Shown here piece after piece: positions 56,193 to 64,000 of a stretch of 64,000 bases of DNA. The notes beneath the pieces were generated by a model. It was not told the origin of the DNA. It was given only the letters and a program-made list of their open reading frames with translations, and did no database searches. The translations under genes were made by a program, and so were the position numbers. The stretch covers positions 64,001 to 128,000 of the forward strand of contig JBIJDH010000016.1 in NCBI GenBank assembly GCA_044344255.1. The letters are read 5' to 3'. Each line of letters opens with the position of its first letter. The stretch's first letter is position 1. The DNA comes from Myxococcota bacterium. GTDB taxonomy: Bacteria > Myxococcota_A > UBA796 > UBA2385.

Positions 56193-57608
56193 TCAGAGAC
56201 CCCAGCGACGGAGGCGCTCGTCGGCCCTCCGGAGGAGCGTGACGCGGCTCGGCGCCCCGGCGAAGACCTTGGTCACCAGCCACTCGCGGGCCCCGCGCTG
56301 GCGCAGGAGCTCGGCCACGTCGGGGCCGGGGGCCTCCGCGGCGCCCTTGGCGGACTGACCGACCCGCTCCCAATAGCTGTCCTCGTGCAGGACCATCAGC
56401 CGCCGCAGGGCCGGCCAGCGCTCGGTGGCGGCGATCCACTCGGCGAGCACGCTGTTGTCGGCCGCCGTGGGGCCCGCCCGCAGGGCGCCCTCGCCGGCTT
56501 CGAAGCGGCGCACGAGGCCGAAGCGGTCAATGCACCTGCGCATCAGGCGGGGGTTGGCGAAGACCGGCTGGACGAGGACGTCGGTGAGCGAGTGGAGCTC
56601 ATTCGGGTCCCGCTGCCGGGCGTCGGGGACGGCGTGGGAGAAGAAGCGGGAGACGAGCGAGGTGGCCTCGTCGCGGGCCGGCCCGGGGACCGCGAAGGCC
56701 AAGGGGAACATCTTCTCGAGGTAGCGGTTGCCGTCGTACCCATCGAGGCCGTGGAACTTGCGGGTGATGGCCAGCGTGAGGAGCTGGCGGTCCATCGCGA
56801 CCACGAAGTGGCAGGGCAGGTGGGCCCCATGGGCGAGCAGGGCGCGGATCTGGTCGAGCAGGCGCACTGCCTGGTCGGGGTCACAGCGGTCGAGGTCGTC
56901 GATGAAGACCACCGGCAGGCGATCGACGGCGGGGGCGGCCCCTTCGGGTGGGGTCCGCGCCCAACCCTCCTCGAGCAGGCGGCCGAGCTGCGACCGGAGC
57001 TGGTCCATCGGGTCGCCCTGCGGCGGCCCCTCGACCCGCGCGCCCTGCTCCGACATCTCGGTGAGGTTCTTGACCGTGAGCCCGCTGACCATCGCCGTCA
57101 CTGCCTGGGTGGCGGCGCCCGTGGCGGCCCCCGTGACCGGCCCGCCGAGGAGCCCGCCGAGCAGGCCGGCCAGCGTGGGGGCCCCGCGCAGGGCGGCGTG
57201 GGTGGCGAGGTTGAGGATCCGCGCCCCGAGGCTCTGCATGTCCTGGCGCTGGTGGAGCTCAGCGGGGAGCGCGTCCCAGACGGCCCGCACGAGGGCCGGG
57301 AGGAGCACGCCCTCCCCCTCGTGGCGCCAGGCGTCGAACCAGATCGTGCGCGAGGTGGCGCCCGGCCGGGGATCGGCGGCGTCAAGGAAGTGCTGGATCC
57401 CCTTGAGCAGCGTGGTCTTGCCGGTGCCCCAGTCGCCCGTGATCAGGATCGGGAAGTCGGGCCCGCGGCCGCGCGCCTGGCCGTGGCGGGGGATGTCGTC
57501 CATCAAGGCCGCGATGTTGTGCGCCAGATCGTAGAGGCCGCGCCAGGGGGGCTTGGCCTCGGCGGGCCAGGTGACCTGGTCGCCGCCGAGCAGGATGCGG
57601 TGGGTCAT
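56193..57608 (-). CDS. KAP family P-loop NTPase
   Basis: Walker A GDWGTGKT, WFDAW, Walker B VVFIDDLDRC, YLEKMF, NPR; Gly-rich hydrophobic insert between the Walker motifs. Confidence 0.92.
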   Translation of the reverse strand: MTHRILLGGDQVTWPAEAKPPWRGLYDLAHNIAALMDDIPRHGQARGRGPDFPILITGDWGTGKTTLLKGIQHFLDAADPRPGATSRTIWFDAWRHEGEGVLLPALVRAVWDALPAELHQRQDMQSLGARILNLATHAALRGAPTLAGLLGGLLGGPVTGAATGAATQAVTAMVSGLTVKNLTEMSEQGARVEGPPQGDPMDQLRSQLGRLLEEGWARTPPEGAAPAVDRLPVVFIDDLDRCDPDQAVRLLDQIRALLAHGAHLPCHFVVAMDRQLLTLAITRKFHGLDGYDGNRYLEKMFPLAFAVPGPARDEATSLVSRFFSHAVPDARQRDPNELHSLTDVLVQPVFANPRLMRRCIDRFGLVRRFEAGEGALRAGPTAADNSVLAEWIAATERWPALRRLMVLHEDSYWERVGQSAKGAAEAPGPDVAELLRQRGAREWLVTKVFAGAPSRVTLLRRADERLRRWGL

Positions 57609-57897
57609 TGGGGACCTCGGGGATGCGTCACCATGCCGGCAGTGTAGCCCGGGCGCCTGATTCGGGGCGGTCAGTCCTTGACCGGCCGGTCGCATGGCCG
57701 GGCGGGGGAGCGCTCGGAGCGGCGCGCTGCGGCAGAGGCGCCGCCTCTCCCCGAGAGGCGCGGACCTTGGCCGGGTGGAGTGGCCCTCTCGGGCGCCTCG
57801 GCGACGATCAAGCCCCCGTCGATGTCCATCGGTCCCGTGGCACGCCGCTTTGGGTGGCATGGGGCTTGCTTTCTGGGCCGAGCGCGCTGGAGTCAAG

Positions 57898-59409
57898 ATG
57901 TCTCGTCACGTCGGGGACAGGCTGTTCCCGGTTGTCCTCTGCCTCCTCATGGCCTGTCGGGTCTCCCCCTCCACGCCCTTCGGGGAATCCAACGACGGGG
58001 CGGCGGACAGCGCGGACCCCGCCTCCGAGGAGGGCACGGCGTCGGTGGTGGGGGCTTCGCCCATCGTGGTCTTCTGGTTTATCGACACCCTCAGCGAGGC
58101 GGTGGCGACAGACGGGGACTGGTGCGAGCGGCTGCAGACCATCGCGGGCCGGCATGGGGGGCGATTCGACTGTCGATCCGGGGGCGTCTCCCCCAGCAGC
58201 TGGACAGGGGAGTCGCACCTGCGCACGCTCTGGCCAGAGGCCATGAGCGCGCCTCTGTCGGGTGAGCTCTGGGCGCCTTGCGACAAGGCCTCCGCCCCGC
58301 GGACCATCGCCGAGGCGACAGGGGGAGGCTACTTCATCGGCATGGACAACCCGATGCTCGACCAGGTGATCGGGACAAACGAGTGTTCAGATGGGCAGAG
58401 CGGCTGGGTGCAGGGGGCCGACCGGTGGTCGGTGAGCCCCGTGGAGACGGACCTCTCCGACCTCCTGGTGATGCCGGAGCGGGAGCGGCCCTGGTGGGTC
58501 GCGGTGGACGCGCTGCTCGCGAGCACAGCGACCGGTGCGCCGGGCGTGGCGGTGCTCAATGACTTCGAGGCGGGTGGGCACAGCCCGCACTGCTGGTTCG
58601 ATCCGGGGGCCCCCCTGTGTGTGGAGCTGTGGGAGATCGCGGTCGAGGAGGTGCTGGTCTCTCCCGATGCCGATCCGGCTTTGGCCTTCGCCGATCCCGC
58701 GCTCTGGGTGTCCCTGCATCCGTTCCTGGTGGAGCGCTGGGGCGACGGAGAGGCGCTGCGGGAGAGGGAGCTCGCGTTGCAGCAGATGGGGTCGGACTGG
58801 TTTCGCCTCCGGCGCACCGAGGAGAGGCTGGTGGCCCTGTTCGCCCCGCTCGAAGACCAAGGCCGCCTCGATGACCTCGTCTTGATCATCACCGCGGACC
58901 ATGGAGAGTCCCCCTGTATCCCCTCGGCCCTGTCAGACTCCCTCGACTGCGGACATGGGGGGCTGCCGAGTGAGTGGACCACGCAGGTCCCCACCTTCAT
59001 CTGGCCCGAGGCGGAGGGGAAACGGTGGGCCGAGCAGGGATGGGTGGGAGACGCGGTCCATCCTTGGTCCACCTCGAACCTCGCCTGGGCGGCCACCCGC
59101 GCGGCCGGGGTGGAGGTGCCGGAGAGCTGGGGCGAGCCGACGCCGGTGGGCCAGGCGGCCTCCTGGACCTGTTGGAGCGGCGCGCTGTCTCGGGTTGTGC
59201 CCTCCGGGGTCGCCGTCTCGGGGGACCGCTCGCTTCGTTGTATCGGTGAACGTTGCGCCACCTTCGACTGGACCGCCGTACGGGACGTGGGGGACCACGC
59301 GATGGCGGTGGACGACCTCCCCGACGAGCTCGTCGGCTGGGTGACGGGTGGAACTGGGACCCGGAATGGAGTGGAGGAGCGGTGCGGTCCGGGGAGATCG
59401 GAGCCTTGA
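57898..59409 (+). CDS. divergent alkaline-phosphatase-superfamily (sulfatase-like) lipoprotein
   Basis: LMAC lipobox; FIDTLS, SSWTGESH, ITADHGE, CGHG. Confidence 0.6.
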   Translation: MSRHVGDRLFPVVLCLLMACRVSPSTPFGESNDGAADSADPASEEGTASVVGASPIVVFWFIDTLSEAVATDGDWCERLQTIAGRHGGRFDCRSGGVSPSSWTGESHLRTLWPEAMSAPLSGELWAPCDKASAPRTIAEATGGGYFIGMDNPMLDQVIGTNECSDGQSGWVQGADRWSVSPVETDLSDLLVMPERERPWWVAVDALLASTATGAPGVAVLNDFEAGGHSPHCWFDPGAPLCVELWEIAVEEVLVSPDADPALAFADPALWVSLHPFLVERWGDGEALRERELALQQMGSDWFRLRRTEERLVALFAPLEDQGRLDDLVLIITADHGESPCIPSALSDSLDCGHGGLPSEWTTQVPTFIWPEAEGKRWAEQGWVGDAVHPWSTSNLAWAATRAAGVEVPESWGEPTPVGQAASWTCWSGALSRVVPSGVAVSGDRSLRCIGERCATFDWTAVRDVGDHAMAVDDLPDELVGWVTGGTGTRNGVEERCGPGRSEP

Positions 59410-59506
59410 CGGGGCGCCGACGCTCCGACGGCCGCCCGCGGAGGGGTGCAGGGGGCTGACGACTCCTCCACATCGGCTAAGAGAGGCCTCCCCTCGGAGC
59501 CCCCTG

Positions 59507-60055
59507 ATGTCCAGCCTGTCCAAGTTCACGAGCTTCGCCAAGTCGATCGTCACCAAGCCGGAGGGCGGCCCCGTGAGTGGCCTCGCCAGCGCGCAGATGA
59601 AGCGGCTCGACGGCACCCCGCTCGCGGCCGAGGTCTGGAAGGGCCAGGTGGTGCTCTTCGTCAACGTGGCGAGCCGCTGTGGCCTCACCCCTCAATACGG
59701 CGGCTTGCAGACCCTCCAGGAGCGCTTCGGCGGTCGCGGCTTCGTGGTGGTGGGGACACCCTGCAACCAATTCCTCGGCCAGGAGCCGGGCAGCGCCGAG
59801 GAGATCGGCACCTTCTGCTCGGCCACGTATGGCGTCGACTTCCCCCTCCTCGAGAAGGCCGACGTCAACGGCACCCACCGGAGCCCGCTCTACCGGTACC
59901 TGGTCGACAGCCCGAAGGGCGGCGGCGCCCGCATCGGCTGGAACTTCGAGAAGTTCCTCGTCGGGCGAGACGGCGCGGTGCTCGCCCGCTTCAGCCCGAA
60001 GACCGAGCCGCTGGAGGCCGAGGTGGTGGCGGCGATCGAGGCGGCGCTGGGCTGA
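59507..60055 (+). CDS. glutathione peroxidase (Cys-type)
   Basis: NVASRCGLT, PCNQF..QEPG, WNFEKFL. Confidence 0.95.
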   Translation: MSSLSKFTSFAKSIVTKPEGGPVSGLASAQMKRLDGTPLAAEVWKGQVVLFVNVASRCGLTPQYGGLQTLQERFGGRGFVVVGTPCNQFLGQEPGSAEEIGTFCSATYGVDFPLLEKADVNGTHRSPLYRYLVDSPKGGGARIGWNFEKFLVGRDGAVLARFSPKTEPLEAEVVAAIEAALG

Positions 60056-60079
60056 CCTGCGGAGAATCTCGCGGGGTGA

Positions 60080-60106
60080 GTCCAGGTCTCGGGCGGGGCC
60101 GCGTTG
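60080..60106 (+). promoter_or_regulatory. putative ECF-sigma promoter upstream of the sigma gene (autoregulatory copy)
   Basis: GTCCAGGTCT-N12-CGTTG; the same motif with identical spacing recurs at 61885-61911. Confidence 0.65.
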
Positions 60107-60149
60107 TCTGTCATGATCTGCCCGCGACCCGCCGCCCCCAGGACCCCCG

Positions 60150-60722
60150 TTGACCGCCCCCACCGATGAAGAGCTGCTGAGACGCTTCGGCCGCGGCGAC
60201 GACCGGGCCTTTGAGCTGCTCGTCGAACGATACGGCGGCCCGCTCAAGGGCTACGCTACGCGCATGCTCAAGAACGCCGAGCAGGGCGAAGAGATCTACG
60301 TGGAGACCTTCCTCCGTGTCGCGCGCGACCGCGGCAAGTGGGAGGCCCGCGGCACGGTGCGCGGCTACCTCTTCACCATCGCCCACCGCGCCTGCCTCGA
60401 TCGCCTGCGCCGTCGAAAGACCGAGCTCGCCGGCCTCGACAACGCCGTCACCTTCCTCGTCGAGCCCGCCGTGCGCCCGAACCCCGAGGCCCAGGCCCTG
60501 CTCGGCGAGCGGGCGGCGCAGCTCGAGGTGGCCCTCGGCCGGCTCCCCCCCGAGCACCGGCAGGTGCTGCTGATGCGCACCATCCACGGCCTCTCCGCCG
60601 CGGAGACCGCCGCAGCCACGGGCCTCTCCGAAGATCAAGTCAATTCCCAGCTCTCCTACGCGCGCAAGAAGCTGCGCGAAGAGCTCGACGTGGCCCCGCA
60701 GGCCAGCCGGAGGGTGCGATGA
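60150..60722 (+). CDS. ECF RNA polymerase sigma factor
   Basis: DEELL...GDDRAFELLVERY region 2; YLFTIAHRACLDRLRRR; region 4 LPPEHR...GLSAAETA. Confidence 0.95.
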   Translation: MTAPTDEELLRRFGRGDDRAFELLVERYGGPLKGYATRMLKNAEQGEEIYVETFLRVARDRGKWEARGTVRGYLFTIAHRACLDRLRRRKTELAGLDNAVTFLVEPAVRPNPEAQALLGERAAQLEVALGRLPPEHRQVLLMRTIHGLSAAETAAATGLSEDQVNSQLSYARKKLREELDVAPQASRRVR

Positions 60723-61858
60723 GCCCCGACGAACGCCAGTCCCTTGACGATGACCTCGTGCTGCTCGGCCTCCCCGAAGGGGCGGCCCCCATCACCTCCG
60801 CCGCCGGGATCCTCGATCGCGCGGGCCCGGCCGTGGTCGTCGGCTGGGCGGGCTGGAAGCTGGCGGCGATGCTGGCCGTGACCAGCACCGCCAGCGTCGG
60901 CGGCGGCGCGGCGCTGCATCACCTCTGGTCGGGCGATCCGGAGCCCGCTGCGATCGAGCGCGTCGTCGAGCGCGTCGTCGAGCGCCGCGTCGAGGTGCCG
61001 GTCGAGCGGGTGGTGGAGCGCGTGGTCGAGGTGCCGGTCGAGCGGGTGGTGGAGCGTGTGGTAGAGCGTGTGGTGCGCGTGCCGGTCGAGCGGATCGTCT
61101 ATCGGGACGCCCCCGGCGGTGGCGACGCGGTCTTCCCTGCTGGGGCCGGCGGAGGTGTCGAGGCCGGGGCTCCGCTCGAGGGGCCGGCGATGGGGCCGGT
61201 CGACCTGGCGGCCCTCGATCGCGCCCTCGACAAGGCGTCTCGGCCCGTCGTGCCGGAGCCCGAGGGGCCCCCGGCGTCGCCCCTGGCGGCGGGGGAGGCG
61301 ACGCCCCCGGAGGAGGCCCCCTCGACCGATCCCGCCCTCGACGCGGCGCGCCGCTCGCTCCGCCTCAAGGGGCAGGTGGCCGCGGGGACCACGATCGTCG
61401 GCGCGGGCCCGCTCGACAACCGCACCCTGCTCACCGCCGGCCTCCGCCTGCAAGGCGCCAGCGCCTGGTCCCCCTTCGCGGGGCTCTACGCCGAGACCCG
61501 CATGCACCCGGGAGAGAGCCAGATGTACGTCGAGCCTGGGCTCGTGGGCGAGCTCGGCCTGCTCTGGCAGGGCCGTCACGTCGGCTTCGACCTCGGCTGG
61601 GGCCTCGGGGTGGGCAGCTACCTCCGCCAGGACGAGGCGAAGAAGGGGCCGATGATGGGGACCGGCCCGAAGGACACGGTCGCCGCCGACGCCCTGCACC
61701 GGGAGGTCGAGCTCTTGAACGGCCCCACCCTCGGCCTCCGCCTCGGCGCCGACGGCCTCGCCCGCGTCGCCGCCCGCGCCCTGTCCACCGGCCCGGACGA
61801 TCACAACGTCATGCTCACGGCCGGGGTCGAAATTCCACTCAAGAATTTTTCCAGGTAG
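60719..61858 (+). CDS. putative anti-sigma or membrane-anchored protein with VERVVE repeats
   Basis: ATGA overlap with the sigma gene; TM segment; repeat stalk; C-terminal amphipathic beta strands. Confidence 0.65.
   Translation: MSPDERQSLDDDLVLLGLPEGAAPITSAAGILDRAGPAVVVGWAGWKLAAMLAVTSTASVGGGAALHHLWSGDPEPAAIERVVERVVERRVEVPVERVVERVVEVPVERVVERVVERVVRVPVERIVYRDAPGGGDAVFPAGAGGGVEAGAPLEGPAMGPVDLAALDRALDKASRPVVPEPEGPPASPLAAGEATPPEEAPSTDPALDAARRSLRLKGQVAAGTTIVGAGPLDNRTLLTAGLRLQGASAWSPFAGLYAETRMHPGESQMYVEPGLVGELGLLWQGRHVGFDLGWGLGVGSYLRQDEAKKGPMMGTGPKDTVAADALHREVELLNGPTLGLRLGADGLARVAARALSTGPDDHNVMLTAGVEIPLKNFSR
60954..61100 (+). repeat. coding repeat (VER/VVE/VPVE)n
   Basis: IERVVERVVERRVEVPVERVVERVVEVPVERVVERVVERVVRVPVERIV. 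Confidence 0.85.
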
Positions 61859-61911
61859 TTTTCCAGATCGTGGTCCAGATTCTTGTCCAGGTCTGAGACC
61901 CCCGCCCGTTG
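61846..61911 (+). promoter_or_regulatory. putative ECF target promoter preceded by 12-bp-period TCCAG repeats
   Basis: TCCAG at 61850, 61862, 61874 and 61886; the last copy is part of GTCCAGGTCT-N12-CGTTG. Confidence 0.65.
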
Positions 61912-62031
61912 ATGTGGATGTGAGCACGCAGGGCGACGGCGCCGCGGGCTCACCCCCAGCGCCCGATCCCATCGGCGCGCTCCGGTCCAACCCCGAGGTC
62001 TATCGACCTCTCCCCCCGTCGGAGGCACTCC

Positions 62032-62847
62032 ATGCGTCTGTCGCTCGTATCCCTGTCCCTGTTGACCGCTTGCTCTCTGTTCGGTGAGCAGGACGCCGAG
62101 ACGGCCATCCTGATGACCGCCATCTCCGGTGAGGAGGAGTACAGCACCGCCCGCTCCGACGGCCCGCCCGATCCCTTCCGCCCCGAGCTCGGCCGCGAGT
62201 GCGACGCCAGCGGCGAGTTCGACCGTATCTTCGGCCTCTTCGATGAAGACTCCGACAAGGCCCTCAACCGGACCGAGCGCGGCGACGTGAAGGACGAGCT
62301 CGGCTCCATGGTGGGACAGGGTGGGGACAGCGAAGGCGGCGGGATGGGGCACCACGGCCAGGAGGGCGGCCCGCCGCCCCCGCTGATGGATCTGCTCACC
62401 CTCGTCTACGACCTCGATGATGACGGCGCCTTCAGCGAGAGCGAGCGGGCCACCATCTTGGATGACTTCACGGTGCGCTGCGAGTCGATCCAGGCGATGC
62501 TGCTCGAGAGCTTCGACGCCGACGGCGACGGCGCCCTCTCCGAGGCCGAGCTCGACACCGCCCGCGAGGCCCTCGACGCGCTCCGCGAGGAGCACGGCCA
62601 CGACATGGACGGCGCCTGCCCCGAGGGTGAGGGCGGCGAAGGCGGCCACCGCGGGCCCCCGGAAGGCCCCCCCGAGGGCCTCTCCCCCCTGGCCCAGGAG
62701 TTCGACGCCGACGGCGACGGTGAGCTCTCGGACAGCGAGCACGAGACGCTCCGCAGCGTGATGCGCGAGCGGATCCGCACCGGCGCCCCGCCCTCCGAGG
62801 ACGCTCCTCCCCCGATGCCGGGCGCCGAAGAGGCGAGCGAGGAGTAG
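62032..62847 (+). CDS. EF-hand calcium-binding lipoprotein
   Basis: LTAC lipobox; loops DEDSDKALNRTE, DLDDDGAFSESE, DADGDGALSEAE, DADGDGELSDSE; GGAGG RBS. Confidence 0.85.
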   Translation: MRLSLVSLSLLTACSLFGEQDAETAILMTAISGEEEYSTARSDGPPDPFRPELGRECDASGEFDRIFGLFDEDSDKALNRTERGDVKDELGSMVGQGGDSEGGGMGHHGQEGGPPPPLMDLLTLVYDLDDDGAFSESERATILDDFTVRCESIQAMLLESFDADGDGALSEAELDTAREALDALREEHGHDMDGACPEGEGGEGGHRGPPEGPPEGLSPLAQEFDADGDGELSDSEHETLRSVMRERIRTGAPPSEDAPPPMPGAEEASEE

Positions 62848-62878
62848 CGCGGCCGAGCTCAGCGGCGAACAGAAGCGA

Positions 62879-64000
62879 TCAGCGGGGGTCGGGCCGGGGT
62901 CGGGCGCGGCGGGAGAGGAGCGCGAGCCCGAGCCCTAGCCCGACGGTCGCCCAGCCGCGGGGCGGTGGCGCGCCGCTGCAGCCGCAGCCCGCCTTATCCG
63001 CGTCGTCGGCGGCGGCCCCCGGGGGCGGGTCGGCGGAGTCTTCCACCGGCCCGGGGCTGTCGGTCTCACCCGGCCCCGCGCCGCTGTCCGTCGGCTCCTC
63101 CTCGCCGCCCCCGGTGTCTGTGGCGCCGGTGTCTGCGTCGGCGAGGGCGTAGGTGAGCGTGAGCTCGTCGAGCTCCACCTGGCCGGTCGCGGTGAGGGTG
63201 AGGGCGTCGGCGGTCGCGAGCGGCGTCTCCAGGACGGGGCCGCCGTCCACCTGCGCGCGGAGCACGGCGCCGTCCCAGCGCAGCGAGAGGGTGAGCGCCT
63301 GTCCGGGGAGGGGCGCCGAGCGGGCGTGGGCGATCACCTCGTCGTCCACCGCGTAGTCATAGGCGTTGAACCAGAGGTGATAGGTGTTGCCCTCGAGGTG
63401 GACGCTCGGGGCCTGGATATAACCGCTGCTCCAGTCGGCCCAGCCCTTGGACAGCACCGGCTCCGGCCAGTCGGCCCAGGTCTGGAGATCGGCGAGCTCT
63501 GCGACCGAATAGCAGAACACGTCGGCGCAATTCCACCACTGCTCGACGCCGTAGACGGTCTCGACCATCCCGCCGCCCTGGAGGCGGGTCTCGTCCTCGG
63601 TGATCGCGCCGTGCTTCTCCCAGGTCCAGCCGTCTGCGCTCGTGGCGTAGCCGGTGGGCCCGTAGTGTTGTTCAGGGTCTGTGCCGTTGTAGAGCATGTG
63701 CCAGAGGCCGGCGCTGTCGAGCAGCACGTCTGGCATCCGGAGGCTGCCGCTGTCGAACTCGCCGTCTGCGCCGCGGTCGAGCACCACCCCCTCCGGGCTC
63801 CACGCGTATCCATCGGCGCTCGTGGCGTGGCAGATGCGGTTGCCGACGTCGTTCTGGTAGCAGGCGTAATACATGTGCCAGACGCCGTCGGGGCCGACGG
63901 TGACGGTGGGCATGTGGACGTGGATGCCGTCGACGCTGCTGCGGTCGTAGTCGATCGTGAGCACCGGGTTGCCGGGATAATCTGTCCAGGTCACCCCGTC
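62879..64000 (-). CDS. five-bladed beta-propeller glycoside-hydrolase-like protein (GH32/43/130-like) with MYXO-CTERM-like tail; 5' end lies outside the window
   Basis: Repeated NPVL..P.V..WHMYY..ATSADG.W blades; C-terminal GCGC + TM + RRAR. Confidence 0.75.
   Translation of the reverse strand, partial: DGVTWTDYPGNPVLTIDYDRSSVDGIHVHMPTVTVGPDGVWHMYYACYQNDVGNRICHATSADGYAWSPEGVVLDRGADGEFDSGSLRMPDVLLDSAGLWHMLYNGTDPEQHYGPTGYATSADGWTWEKHGAITEDETRLQGGGMVETVYGVEQWWNCADVFCYSVAELADLQTWADWPEPVLSKGWADWSSGYIQAPSVHLEGNTYHLWFNAYDYAVDDEVIAHARSAPLPGQALTLSLRWDGAVLRAQVDGGPVLETPLATADALTLTATGQVELDELTLTYALADADTGATDTGGGEEEPTDSGAGPGETDSPGPVEDSADPPPGAAADDADKAGCGCSGAPPPRGWATVGLGLGLALLSRRARPRPDPR

Noticed and set aside
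52002..57647. 1881-aa plus-strand ORF, and similar long antisense ORFs (e.g. 20052-22730, 33383-35812, 48927-51638, 5359-7644)
   Set aside because: Shadow frames opposite motif-bearing genes; stop-codon scarcity is expected at this GC content and the translations have no motifs
59678..59680. Selenocysteine in the glutathione peroxidase
   Set aside because: The active-site codon is TGT (Cys)
61801..61900. Minus-strand peptide repeat DLDKNLDHDLENYLEK
   Set aside because: It is the translation of the 12-bp TCCAG repeats at the end of a shadow ORF antisense to the EF-hand gene

Overview
High-GC bacterial DNA, most likely Myxococcota or a related Deltaproteobacterium (inferred from a MYXO-CTERM-like sorting tail, many Cys-lipoproteins and strong G/C third-position bias). 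About 48 genes are supportable; no rRNA, tRNA, integrase, transposase or full CRISPR array was seen. Housekeeping or ordinary genes include NfuA, an acyl-CoA dehydrogenase, a dipeptidase, AlkB with TetR, glutathione peroxidase and a PQQ sugar-dehydrogenase/cytochrome c fusion. They are interleaved with several notable modules. (1) A tightly coupled four-gene operon, KAP P-loop NTPase > 1396-aa multi-GAF histidine kinase > stand-alone receiver > 915-aa HD-domain protein (48.7-57.6 kb), lies beside an AT-richer islet carrying an AbiJ/HEPN-like gene, a caspase/CHAT-like gene and a single type I-E CRISPR-repeat-like hairpin. This is the best candidate for an undescribed conflict or defence signalling system. 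(2) A ~2044-aa six-domain lipid enzyme (degenerate hydrolase, catalase-like heme domain, FAD oxidoreductase, FAAL, ACP, thioesterase) is coupled to an acyltransferase and a desaturase and is divergent from LMF and patatin genes. (3) A Hen1-Pnkp RNA repair pair. (4) A P1B-4 metal ATPase preceded by two His/acid-tailed vWA paralogues. (5) An ECF sigma module whose promoter motif (GTCCAGGTCT-N12-CGTTG) can be read twice, upstream of the sigma gene and upstream of an EF-hand lipoprotein gene. All family calls come from motif recognition by eye; no database searches were run.
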